Assembly (NCBI RefSeq): GCF_004010195.1 | Contig: NC_057711.1 | Span: forward strand, 72,443,175-72,507,174 | Direction: 5' to 3' | DNA: 64,000 bases | Source: Chiloscyllium plagiosum | Lineage: Eukaryota | In this document: piece by piece, positions 1 through 11,700 of the stretch | How the letters are laid out: every line of letters starts with the position of its first letter | Numbering within the stretch: position 1 is the stretch's first letter | Made by a program: the position numbers and the translations under genes | The notes under the pieces: model-generated | The model's database searches: none | The model's input: only the letters and a program-made list of their open reading frames with translations | What the model was told of the DNA's origin: nothing

Positions 1-245
1 TCTTCGGCCTATCACCCTTCACCTTAACCTCTTCCACCTATCGCATTCCCAACGCCCCTCCCCCAAGTCCCTCCTCCCTACCTTTTATCTTAGCCTGCTT
101 GGCACACCCTCCTCATTCCTGAAGAAGGGCTTATGCCCGAAACGTCGATTCTCCTTCACCTTTGATGCTGTCTGACCTGCTGCGTTTTTCCAGCAACAGA
201 TTTTTAAGCTCTGATCCCCAGCATCTGCAGTCCTCACTTTCTCCT
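1..245 (+). mobile_element. Penelope-like element (PLE) 3' terminal repeat fragment, family A, cut by the window start
   Basis: Pyrimidine-rich tract, then a hammerhead motif, then the terminus ...ccagcatctgcagtcctcactttctcct, also seen at 28190-28220. Confidence 0.8.
115..150 (+). ncRNA. Minimal type I hammerhead ribozyme motif
   Basis: CTGAAGA(119-125)-A-GGGC-TTAT-GCCC-GAAA-CG-TC(145-146): conserved core, 4-bp helix II, palindromic ACGT helix III and a short helix I, as described for PLE hammerheads. Confidence 0.8.
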
Positions 246-1078
246 CTTTCTTTCTCGGCCAACATCAATTGGTCTTCAGTAAATGACCTTGACAGATGTA
301 GGCCTGCCTTCTGGAACCATTGCAGTCTATTCAGCATAGGGACACTGAACGTGTTGGGCGGAAGGGAGTTCAGGATTTTGACCCAATAAGTTGCTGCCTG
401 TGTGTGGTCTCTGGCTGCATCTATCCATGGCTACTTTCGTATGCTGCATGAAATGCTGCACATGTCTCTTTAAATAAAAGCTTGTAAGTGGATACAGAGG
501 AGGCTACAGGGTTCCACCTTCTTTAGCTAATTATCTAAGTTCTACCCACATTAGTATCACACACTGTTTAACTTTGTTGCTACTTCCCAGCTATTTGGCT
601 ACTGCTTCAATCTTCGCTCAAACCTTAACTGGCATGCACACCAACAGATAACTCTCATTTCACATCGGGCTCAAACCATTCACTATTCCAGGCATAAGAT
701 TTTACCCAGGAAGTTCTCAGTTAATTATCTCTCTAAACTATCAATGTATGCAATTTTTTTGCTATTTCTATGAAAAGACACATCTGGCTGAAGCTTTTCA
801 TCTTGTGCTCTTCAAGGCAATTTGCAAGAATACTGATTTGAAGAAAAACCCAAAATTTATACTGTATGAGAGAACGGTACTGACTGGTTGGAAAGTGGAC
901 TCTGATTTGTACAGACATCGTCATGGAGAATGGACAGCTTTCTTTAAAATTTAAAACAGGCAGGTTAACTCTGATTAGTCTGACAAATGAACGAGCAAAC
1001 AACTGTCACTTACTTTGTTGAGTTGGAACAGAGCATGACCTTACTGTCTGCAAAGAACATCAACCTATTCATTAGGTT

Positions 1079-1398
1079 GGGTGGCACGGTGGCTCAGTGG
1101 TTAGTACTGCTACCTCACAGCACCAGGGTCCCAGGTTCGATTCCAGCCTTGGGTGACTGTCTGTGTGGAGTTTGCACATTCTCCCCGTGTCTGTGTGGGT
1201 TTCCTCCAGATGCTCTGGTTTCCTCCCACAGTCCAAAGATGTGCAGGTCAGGTGAATTGGCCACACTAAATTACCCATAGTGTTAGGTACATTAGTCAGA
1301 GTGACATGGTCTGGGTGGGTTACTCTTCGGAGGGTCAGTGTGGACTGGTCGAGTCAAAGGACCCATTTCCACATTGTAGGGAATCTAATCTAGTCTAA
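1079..1398 (+). mobile_element. HE1-type V-SINE
   Basis: tRNA-like A box (tggctcagtgg) and B box (ggttcgattcc), V-domain gtgtggagtttgcacattctccccgtg, CR1-like tail ending in tctaa repeats. Confidence 0.9.
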
Positions 1399-1446
1399 CA
1401 TGAATATATGCAAGAGTGTCATACTACAAGCCAGATTGACAATCCT

Positions 1447-2006
1447 TAATCGAATGAATCCTTAGAAGAGTTAAAGAAAGAAGGAGTATACTTAAGAGGG
1501 AAATCGGGAGGGCAAAACGGGGACATGAGATAGCTTTGGCAAATAGAATTAAGGAGAATCCAAAGGGGTTTTACAAATATATTAAGGAAAAAAGGGTAAC
1601 TAGGGAGAGAATAGGACCCCTCAAAGATCAGCAAGGCGGCCTTTGTGTGAGCCACAGAAAATGGGGGAGATACTAAATGAATATTTTGCATCAGTATTTA
1701 CTGTGGAAAAGGATATGGAAGATATAGACTGTAGGGAAATAGATGGTGACATCTTGCAAAATGTCCATATTACAAAGGAGGAAGTGCTGGATGTCTTGAA
1801 ACGGTTAAAGATGGATAAATCCCCAGGACCTGATCAGGTGTACCCGAGAATTCTGTGGGAAGCTAGGGAAGTGATTGCTGGGCCTCTTGCTGAGATATTT
1901 GTATCATCGATAGTCACAGGTGAAGTTGGGATATCTGGTCGGCATGGACGGGTTGGACCAAAGGGTCTGTTTCCATGTTATACATCTCTAAGACTCTATG
2001 AATCTA
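1447..2006 (+). mobile_element. CR1 (HER1-like) LINE, internally deleted
   Basis: 1447-1922 closely matches 54417-54893 (KSPGPDQVYPR), then jumps directly to the CR1 3' UTR and its gactctat tail. Confidence 0.9.
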
Positions 2007-2306
2007 TAACTGGGTGATAGTGTAATTCTTTGATCACTCAGGATTATCCAGCAAATTCTGTCCACTTATGGGATCACATCTAATGGTGGGCACTGAGTTG
2101 TGAGTTTTGCAAATACGAGTTGATTAGGTACAGTCAGTACTTTGCTGGGATATGCTGGTTGGTAAGATTTCCCAGTCTTTTGGACAAACAGCCTGCCTTT
2201 CTGGCATCACACCGTTACTGAAATTCATATACTCGCTTGTGTGATAGATAGAAAATCTTTTTGACTTGACAGCAACATCCTGTTAATGGAGAACACCACT
2301 TGGTAT

Positions 2307-4575
2307 TTAGAGTCATAGAGACATAGAGATGTACAGCATGGAAACAGACCCTTCAGTCCAAACCATCCATGCCGACCAGGTATCCAAACCCAATCTAGTC
2401 CCACCTGCCAGCACCCGGCCCATATCCCTCCAAACCCTTCCTAGTCATATACCTATCCAAATGCCTCTTAAATGTTGCAATTGTACCAGCATCCACCACT
2501 TCCTCTGGCAGCTCATTCCATACACATACCACCCTCTGCGTGAAAAAAGTTGCCACATAGGTCTCTTTTATATCTTTCCCCTCTCACCCTAAACCTACGC
2601 CCTCTAGTTCTGGACTCCCCCACCCCAGGGAAAAGACTTTGTCTATTTACCCTATAAATGCCCCTCATGATTTTGTAAACCTCTATAAGGTCACCCCTCA
2701 GCCTCCGATGGTCCGGGGAAAACAGCCCCAGCCTGTTCAGCCTCTCCCTATAGCTCAAATCCTCCAACCCTAGCAACATCCTTGTCAATCTTTTCTGAAC
2801 CCTTTCAAGTTTCACAACATCTTTCCAATAAGAAGAAGACAAGAATTGAACGCAATATTCCAACAGTGACCTAACCAATGTCCTGTATAGCCGCAACATG
2901 ACCTCTCAACTCCTGTATTCAATACTCTGACCAATAAAAGAAAGCATACCGAACGCCTTTTTCACTATCCTATCTCCCTGCGATTCCACTTTCAAGGAGC
3001 TGTGAACCTACACTCCAAGGTCTCTTTGTTCAGCAACACTCCCTAGGACCTTACTATTAAGTGTATAAGTCCTGCTAAGATTTGCTTTCCCAAAATGCAG
3101 CACCTCACATTTATCTGAATTAAACTTCATCTGCCACTCCTCAGCCCATTTGCCCATCTGGTCCAGATCCTGTTGCAATCTGAGGTAACCCTCTTCGCTG
3201 TCCACTACACCTCCAATTTTGGTGTCATCTGCAAACTTACTAACTGTACCTCTTATGCTCAAATCCAAATCATTTATACACATGACGAAAGGTCGTGAAC
3301 CCAGCACCGATCCTTGTGGTACTCCACTGGTCACAGGCATCCAGTCTGAAAAGCAACCCTCCACCACCACCACCCTCTGTCTTCTACCTTTGAGCCAGTT
3401 CCATATCCAAATGGCTAGCTCTCCCTGTATTCCGTGAGATCTAACATTGCTACTCAGTCTCCCATGGGGAACCTTGACGAATGCCTTACTGAAGTTCATA
3501 TAGATCATGTCCACCATTCTGCCCTCATCAAGCCTCTTTCTTACTTGAAAAAACTCAATAAACTATATGAGACATGATTTCCCATGCTCAAAGCCATGCT
3601 GACTATCTCTAATCAGTCTTTGCCTTTCCAAATACATGTACACCCTGTCCATCAGTATTCCCTCCAACAACTTGCCCACACCGAGGTCAGGCTCACCGGT
3701 CTATAGTTTCCTGGCTTGTCCTTACCGCTCTTCTTAAATAGTGGCACCACTTTAGTCAACCTTCAGTCTTCCGGCACATTACTGTGACTATTGATGATAC
3801 AAATATCTCAGCAAAGCGCCCAGTAATGACTTCCCTCGTTTCCCACAGAGTTCTAGGGTACACCTGATCAGGTCCTAGGGATTTATCCACTTTTATGTGT
3901 TTCAAAACATCCAGCACTTTCTCCTCTGTAATATGGGCATTTTTTCAAGATGTCACCATCTATTTCCCTACATTCAATATCTTTCATGTTCTTTTCCACA
4001 GTAAACATTGATGCAAAATACTCATTTAGTATCTCCCTCATCACCTGCAGTTCCATACAAAGGCTGCCTTGCTGATCTTTGAGGGTCCCATTCTCTCCCT
4101 TGTTACCCTTTTGTCCTTAATGTATTTATAAAAACCCTTTGGATTCTCCTTAACTCTATTTGCCAAAGCTACCTCTGTCCCCTGTTTTCCCTCCTGACTT
4201 CCCTCTTAAGTATACTCTTATTGCCTTTACACTCGAAGGATTCATTCAATCTACCCTGTCTATATCTGACAGATGTTTCCTTCTTTTTCTTAACCAAACT
4301 CTCAATGTCCTTAGTCATCCAGCATTCCCTCCACCTACCAGTTTTTTCTTTCACCCTAAAGGAACATACTTTCTCTGCACTCTTGTTGTTTCATTTCTGA
4401 AGGCTTCCCATTTTCCAGCCGTCCGGTTACCTGTGAACATCTGCCCACAGTCAGCTTTTGAAAATTCTTGCCTAATACCGTCAAAATTAGCTTTCCTCCA
4501 GTTTAGAACTTCAATTGTTAGATCTGGTCTATCCTTTTCCATCACTATTTTAAAACGTAATCAAATTATGGTCTG
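2307..4575 (-). mobile_element. CR1 LINE, 5'-truncated, ORF2/RT pseudogene
   Basis: Minus-strand ORFs carry SGVPQGSVLG, KFADDTKIGG and LRGDLIEVYKIM; 3' tail (tagagtca)n at 2307; frameshifts present. Confidence 0.95.
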
Positions 4576-4708
4576 CAACCTTAGAGGTTAACTGGGTCCT
4601 GCAGTTCAAACTTTCACAAATTACAATCTACCAAGCTAAATAGTTAGCTGTTCAATACATGTGATGTTCCCTTTAACTCTTTTAATGAATGATGATATTA
4701 AATATTAC

Positions 4709-4941
4709 CTATTGATGGTAACAGGCAGAGGTATATGAATTGAAGCATCCTTCGGCACACCAGCAATGGGGACATGTATTTTAGAATCTGAAAGCACATC
4801 TCTTCCCAAAACAGGTTTTGCTCCTTGCACACTTCCTTTTCTTCTTGTAGGCATTGGAGTCCTACGGCTTCCTTTGCCTGGCTGGTTAGTACACTCCGGT
4901 TGCCTTAAAGTTGCTTTAGGTTTGCCAACTTGGGTGGCTGG
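4709..4941 (-). CDS. Candidate internal coding exon of an unidentified host gene (PATQVGKPK...HIPLPVTINR)
   Basis: 233 bp open frame between acceptor cctctgtttaag and donor AG|gtaata, with in-frame stops just outside both ends; GC and CpG higher than the flanks; no repeat similarity recognised. Confidence 0.5.
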
Positions 4942-5591
4942 CTTAAACAGAGGTTACTTTTATCAGCAATATGCAAATTCTACACCACCAAACAATTATC
5001 TCTTTCTATTAGTGTATAACTGTGCAACTACCCACATAAAGCTCCAGGGGGTAGATAACTAATTGTAGTGTTATATTTTATCATAGGACAACCTACTACA
5101 CAACTGTAATTGCATAGTGTAAATTGTTAAGGAAATGTGTCACAGTTATACCTTACCATAAAATCGAAAACTACTTCCTTGATCATTAAAGTCAACTGGG
5201 AAGAACTTTCAGTCAATAGCCTCAAGTAAGAAAATGACACAATAACAGATGACGGATCAGCTCAGTCGTTTATGCTGGGCAAAACAATGTGAGGCCCAAA
5301 TTAATGTGACCTCCTAGTGCTTCTGAAACATTATCATGAAGGTTTTTAATAACAGGGGAAAGTGTGGACAAACTGCTATTTCTTGACAAGGTGATAGAGG
5401 CCGTTAGATTCTTTGAGACAATTATAACCCAGAAAGTGATGCCACATTGGCCAATTTGTATTTGGGTTTGTGAGAGTGGACTGCTTCAGATCTGGGACAG
5501 ATTTCAGACCTGGAATGAAATCATGCTGCAGGCCTGCAGCATGTCAAATCTGTGAGGAAAGATATCATCACATGCATCAGACAGCACAGAG

Positions 5592-6682
5592 GCATAGAGT
5601 CATAGAGATGTACAGCAAGGAAACAGACCCTTTGGTCCAATTCATCCATGCTGACCAGGTATCCTAAATTAATCTACTCCTATTTGCCACCATTTGTCCT
5701 ATATTCCTCCAAACCCTTCCTAATCATATACTCATCCAGATGCCTTTTAAATATTGTACTTGTACCAATCTTCACCACTTCCTCTGGCAGCTTATTCCAT
5801 ACATTCACCACCCTTTGTGTGAAAAAGTTGCCCCTTAGGTCCCTTTTAAATCTTTCCCCTCTCACCTTAAACTTATGTTGTCTAGCTTTAGACTCCCCTG
5901 CCCTGGGGAAAAGACTCTATCTTTGCCTCTCATGATCTTATAAACTATAAGGTCACCCCATAGCCTCCAAAGCTCCAGGGAAAACAGCCCCAGCCTATTC
6001 AGCCTTTCCTTATAACTCAAACCCTCTAATCCTAGCAACATGCTTGTAAATCTTTTCTAAATCCTTTCAAGTTTGACAACATCCTTCCTATAACAGGGAG
6101 ACCAGAACTGAATGCAGTATTCATAAGCTAACGTCCTGTACAGCTGCAACATGATCTCACAACTCCTATACTCAATGCTCTGTCCAATAAAGGAAAGCAT
6201 ACCAAATACTTTCTTCGCTATCCTGTTTACCTGCAACTCCACTTGCAAGGAGCTATAAACTTGCACTCCAAGGTCCTTTTGTTCAGCAACACTCACAGGA
6301 CCATATCATTATGTGTTTAAGTCTTGCCCTGATTTGCCTTTCCAAAATGCAGTACCTCACATTTATCAAAATTAACCTCCATCTGCTACTTTTTGGCTCA
6401 TTAACCCATGTGATAAAGGTCCCTTTGTACTCTGAGGAAACCTTCTTCGCTGTCCACGACCCACCAATTTTGGTGTCATCTGCAAGATACCTCCTATGTT
6501 CACATCCAAACCATCTATATAAATGACAAAAAGCAGTGGAACCACCACCAATTCTTGCAGCACATCACTGGTCACAGGCTTCCAGTTGAAAAGCAACCCT
6601 CCAACACAACTGTCTGTCTGTTATCTTCAAGTCAGTTCTGGATTCCAAATGGCTAGTTCTCCCTTTCTTCCATGTGATCTAG
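5592..6682 (-). mobile_element. CR1 LINE 3' fragment
   Basis: Degenerate RT C-terminus (KDLGVQV, RGNFFTQRVV) with the 3' tail at 5592. Confidence 0.9.
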
Positions 6683-6689
6683 TCCTGAG

Positions 6690-7640
6690 CAGATTGGGAA
6701 AGGTGAAGACATTCGAAATTGACAGTCACTTTTACTGCTTAAGATGAAAAACAAAATTCAATTCAAGGTCATCACTGATTGTATCAAGTCTGCTCTCAAG
6801 TTGATGATCCAATCTGACCAGACCCATCCTATAACCAGCAGGAAGATCTCTGATAGCCTCATACTACTCAGGAATGTGATTGCCTGCATGGATGGACCTG
6901 CTATAAGTGAACATCAAGTGTTATTGCATGATGATGGTCTAACTGGCCCTGGTTTTACAATGGTTGAGTTTGGCCACATAGATGTAGGACGCTGCACTAG
7001 ATTGAATTGTATGGCGATAGTGGAGCTTGATTGATGATTTGCTGAGCAAATTGACGAAGTCACTTGTTTGAATGTTGAATTGTCAAGAACTTTCAAACAA
7101 GCATCAAGACATGGGGCTTGGATGGTGGTGAATTAGCTCTCCCTGTCATTTCCTTTCTGTACACCTGTAGTCTCAGTGCCATCATGGACTATCCTTGAGA
7201 CACCTGCAGTAGGGAAGAGACTGCAGTTCACTTACTTCAGGAACCTTTCAAAATATCTGGAAATAAATACAATGGCTTTCACTGAGATTAATCCAATACA
7301 GCCACATAACACAAGATTCAGTTCTCCAACGGCTGTTTCGAGGGATGCATGACAAGGTGAATACCAATTGCAACTAGAAGAACGCCAACTCAGTGGAAAG
7401 CTCTCTCTGGTCTGCCAGAAACATGCTGGTATCCATAAAAAAAAGAACTGATGAGTGAATGTTGCAGACTGGCAAATTCTAAGGACAACATAATGTGGGA
7501 TGCATGATAGCTTTGGACAACCATCACAAAGACTCAATAAAGAAAGGTCATCCTCTCAAAGACCTTTCTCAATAGTATGTTGAGGGGCGATGAGATTGCG
7601 CAAACCCCTCAGGCTGTTGAACACTACAGAATGCTTAGCA
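6690..7640 (+). mobile_element. Decayed, internally deleted Tx1/L1-clade LINE
   Basis: KVITDCIKSALKLMIQSDQT..SRKISDSLILLRNVI (RT start), then ELSNKHQD..ALPV..EETAVHLL and NSVESSLWSARN (C-terminal zinc-knuckle region), typical of Tx1 ORF2. Confidence 0.75.
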
Positions 7641-7953
7641 TGAATTGTGCAGGGATATGAGGTGAGGGTAACTGATAGCACAATACAAATTGTTCTTTAG
7701 GAATCCTAGCACAGGCACACGCTTGAATGGCCTTCATCTGTGGTGTAACAACTCAATGATCTTTTCAAATATAATGTGTAAACATAATTTGAAATATCAA
7801 ATGTGGCTAACACTGCATTTAAGACAAAATGTATTGCACTTCATATGATGTCAAATTTGAATTTTGGGTGTGCATTTTATAAATTTCATGAATACAGTAT
7901 ATTTTTAGAAGACAAAAGTTTAATTATGAATAAGATCCGATGTCAAGTTCCTT

Positions 7954-8163
7954 TGGCAGACCAGAGAGAGCTTTCCACTGAGTTGATGTTCCTCTAGCTG
8001 CAATTGATATTCACCTTGTCATGCATCCCTCGAAACAGCCGATGGAGTACTGAATCTTGTGTTATGTGGCTGCATTGGATTAATCTCAGTGACAGCCATT
8101 GCATTTCTTTCCAGATATTTTGAAAGGTTCCAGAAGTAGGTGAACACAGTCTCTTCCCTGCTG
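7954..8163 (-). repeat. Inverted copy of Tx1 segment 7207-7417
   Basis: Reverse complement aligns by eye over about 210 bp with roughly 15 differences. Confidence 0.9.
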
Positions 8164-8329
8164 TCTCTTGAATTGATGGAACAATAAATAAGCTAACTCT
8201 CATTGTACAAACCAAAATCTAATAGAAAAGATTTCTTTCTTTTTTTTCTTTGCACTTTAACATAACATACTTGGGTATCAGGACCAGTGAGATTTCTCCT
8301 GAAGGCCATGAAAAACTCACATCTTTTAA

Positions 8330-9280
8330 TACATTCATTCATGGGATGTCAGCCTCACTATCTGGGTCAGAATTTATTGTGCATTCCTTCTTGCCCTTGA
8401 GAAGGTGGTAGTGAGCTGCCTTTTTGAACCACTGCAGTTCATTTGGGTGTAGGTAGATCCACAGTGCAGTTTGGGCAGGAGTTCCAGGATTTGGGAGGAA
8501 TGACGATATGGTTCCAAGTCTGCAACTGAGTGGTCTGGAGGGAAACTTGCAGGAGGTCGTGTACCAATATATCTGTTGCTCCCCTCTTCTTCCAGATGGA
8601 AGTGGTTGTGGATTTGGAAGCTGCTGCCTAGGAAGTCTTGGTGTATTTCTGCAGTGCATCTTGTACGCACTGCTGCTACCGAGAATTGGTGATGGGGGGA
8701 GTGGATGCTTGTGGATGTGGTGCCAATCAAGCAGGTTGCTTTGTCTTGGATGGTGTTAAACTACTTGAGTGGTTTTGGAGCTATACTCATCCTGACAACT
8801 GAATTTTCCATCACACCCCTTCTTTCTGGTCAATGGAAACTCCTAGACTGGGGATTCAGAGATGGTAATACCATTGATTGTCCACGGGTGATGGTTAGTT
8901 TGCCTCTTGTTGGGAATATCCATTGCCTGACACTTGTGCTGTGATGTAAAAGCTACTTGTCATTTTCAGCCCAAGTCTGGATATTGTCCAGATTTTGATG
9001 TATTTGAGCAAGGATTGCGTCAGTAGGTAACAGAGTAGCAAATGGTACTGACCATTGTGTGATCATTAATGAACATTTTCATTTTTGACTTTATGGTGAG
9101 GGGAAGGCCATCAATGAAGCAGCTGAAGATGGTTGGATATGGGATACCCCTGCAGAGATGTCCTGAGCTATGATGAGTGATCTCCAACAATCACAACCAT
9201 CTTCCAATATGCCAGCTATGACTCCAACAGTGGAATAACATCCCCCTGATTTCCATTGAGACCATACTTGCTAAAGCTCT
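8330..9280 (-). mobile_element. CR1/L2-group LINE 3' fragment (family distinct from HER1)
   Basis: IGTTSTSIHSPHH and WFKKAAHYHLLKG; (tgaa)n 3' tail; same family as 20388-20996. Confidence 0.75.
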
Positions 9281-9944
9281 ACAAAAGTAATTTAAGAGCA
9301 GAATCTTTCTAGTTCCTGAAGAATGTGGGGACATAGCAAGAAAATTGGTGATACTGAGTGAGTTGTCTGGCAAGGACATTTCAATATCTAGCCCAAAAGT
9401 CAATTTTCTAAACAAATGAGATTCTTGTTAGTGAACAGTGAGATGTCCACTAGAGGGAATAATCATTCATTATCACCTTCATTACTACCTAATCCCAACT
9501 CATTAAATGCATATTCTCATTCTCCCATATGTCAAATAGAAACTGGGTGCTGAGAAATCCTGACATGAAAGCTGAAGGGGTTACCTGGTGACACCAGCTG
9601 GCCACTTACTCCTCCAGGTCTCTATCTTGGTACCCAGCATCAGCATTCAGGGCACACTCAGTACATGCACTCCACATCCACGAATCTTGGTATCTGACAT
9701 GTATGAATCTCAGATATTGTCATGGCACTTTGCTGATCCACTTCTGATCCACAGGTACTTCTGCATTTCAATGCTATATTTGGAATGCACCAGTATACAT
9801 CATTGTAATGCTGTTGCTAGGTACCCATCTCTTAGGTTAGAACATGTGCATCTCAGGGCACCTCGCTTGCTCTCTTGGTGCTAACTCACTTTGCAACTGC
9901 ATGAACACTGAAAATGTCTTTGTTTTGCCTTGCCTCGTCTTTTT

Positions 9945-10035
9945 TGTGAAACAAACAGAAACTCAGCAAGTTTGGCAGGATCTGTGGTGAGAAAGAACAG
10001 TCATTGTTTTGGATCGAAAGATTGTTCTTTAAAAC
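9945..10035 (-). mobile_element. Degenerate PLE terminal fragment
   Basis: agaaactcagcaagtttggcaggatctgtggtgagaaag resembles the antisense of PLE termini. Confidence 0.4.
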
Positions 10036-10714
10036 CTGTCTTTTTGTGCTTTGACTCCTTGGACAAAACCCAAAGGCTAATGCAACTTCTGTCTTGCTTT
10101 GTCTTTAGCATAGACAGAAAGCTGGGAAGCTTGTAGGATTGTCAGCTGTCATCAGTTAAGGGGTGGACACGGGCTATATGGCACAGTGCCAATGTGCCAA
10201 TTGTAATGTAGGCACCAAAAACCTCAGGAAGTCCTGGCAGTGGTAAGTAGATCCACATACAGTGAATAGGTAAATATGATGAGTGGGGCACTATAAAGGT
10301 GGGATACATGGTTAATGAGATGAATTTGAGATGGAGAGTGAGAGAACACTTTGGGCCTCACAAGAGAAGTACATGAAACACAGCAGATATGACACTTTGC
10401 TAATTTTTGGTAAGATTCAACTCTAAGATATAGAAATGAATATTAAGTATAAAAAGACTTAACAATATAAGAGCCAGTTCATTATAAACATCAAAATGTT
10501 TTTCTGAGCCAATGCTGCATGCAACACTGGGAGTGCAACAAGTTTGTTCGATGGAATTTCAGCACACAAACAACTTCTGATGTCTAGGCAAAGAAGAGGA
10601 TGCCAGGGAACAAATGGCACTTTGACCCTGATGCTCACGACCTAATTGGTTCAAGCGTCAGGAAACCCGTGAATGGATTAGTACCATGACTATATGTATT
10701 TATCTCCTAAGGGA

Positions 10715-11010
10715 ATCTAAAACCAGCAGGCATCAGTCTCAGGATCAGGAGTCACAGAAGTAAGACAAAGATGAGGAATGTCTTCTCTTAGAGCATCTTG
10801 AATTATTGTAAAACTCTATCCCAGAGAGCTGAGCGGATGTATTCAAGGCTGAACTGGAAAGAGTTTTGAACCAAAAGGGAGCCAGGAATTATGGAGAGGA
10901 GGCACAAAAATGGAGTTTTAACCAAGAACAGATTGGTCACAATCTTATTGAATGATGGAGAAGGTTCAACAGGCCATTAGCTCATATTTCTCATGTTCTC
11001 ATATTCTTAA
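10715..11010 (+). mobile_element. Old CR1 3' end
   Basis: gggaatctaaaaccag..., gatgaggaa...ttctct, ttcaaggctga and cttattgaatgatggag: degenerate CR1 3' signature. Confidence 0.6.
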
Positions 11011-11354
11011 GTATTGGACACAAGTCTGCTTAAATATATTAATCAGTGTTCTACATCAGTCGCTGAAGCACATGTGCAATATTCAGGTAAAAAATGGGAA
11101 GTGGGTACTTTGGATTAACAGCCTGTTTGTATCAGTTGATGAGCAGCTTAGGTATCTGCTCAAGAAATAGTCCAGAAATCTTGGGAATGTAGAGAATATT
11201 GGTAGAGCCACAAAGAGCAGTTCCCTTTTAAGTACTCTGCCTGCTACCATTGTATACTTTCAGAGGTCCCACTGAATCTACCACTCCCTTACATGTGGAA
11301 TAGGCTCTACCCTCCCAAGGCCAACATATAAATAAAGCTTATTATAGAAGCCAA

Positions 11355-11700
11355 GGAATTTTCTACATATTTTCCTAATTAACCTGTTCAGAGACACTTT
11401 GCTGGAGTCAGGAGGACATGGACCCAGGTTTCCTGATTCAGAGGTAAGGAACTACCAGGGTGCCACAGGAGCTCTGAGCAATTTGCTAGATACTTTCCAT
11501 CGACCTATATAAACATGCTATGAAACACCTCTAGAAACTTGAACCGAGGCCTTCTGGCCTAAACCTAGGGACTCTGCCACAGTACCAGCGAAACAATTTC
11601 CTAATATTACCTAATCAACCTGTTATGACATGTTGTTAGACATTGCTAGAGGAGGTGGGACTCTATCACTGCACCACAAAAGTCCTTAAACAATTTCCTA
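11355..11700 (-). repeat. Tandem trimer of a short (about 115 bp) tRNA-derived SINE
   Basis: Recurring caatttccta..aatcaacctgtt..agggac..cac units; a solo copy sits at 63869-63970. Confidence 0.65.

Noticed and set aside
1079..1150. tRNA genes at SINE heads
   Set aside because: A and B boxes are present, but they run into SINE bodies with no acceptor stem.
4766..5062. Plus-strand 98-aa ORF with an upstream acceptor-like tract
   Set aside because: Better explained as the antisense shadow of the minus-strand exon candidate.
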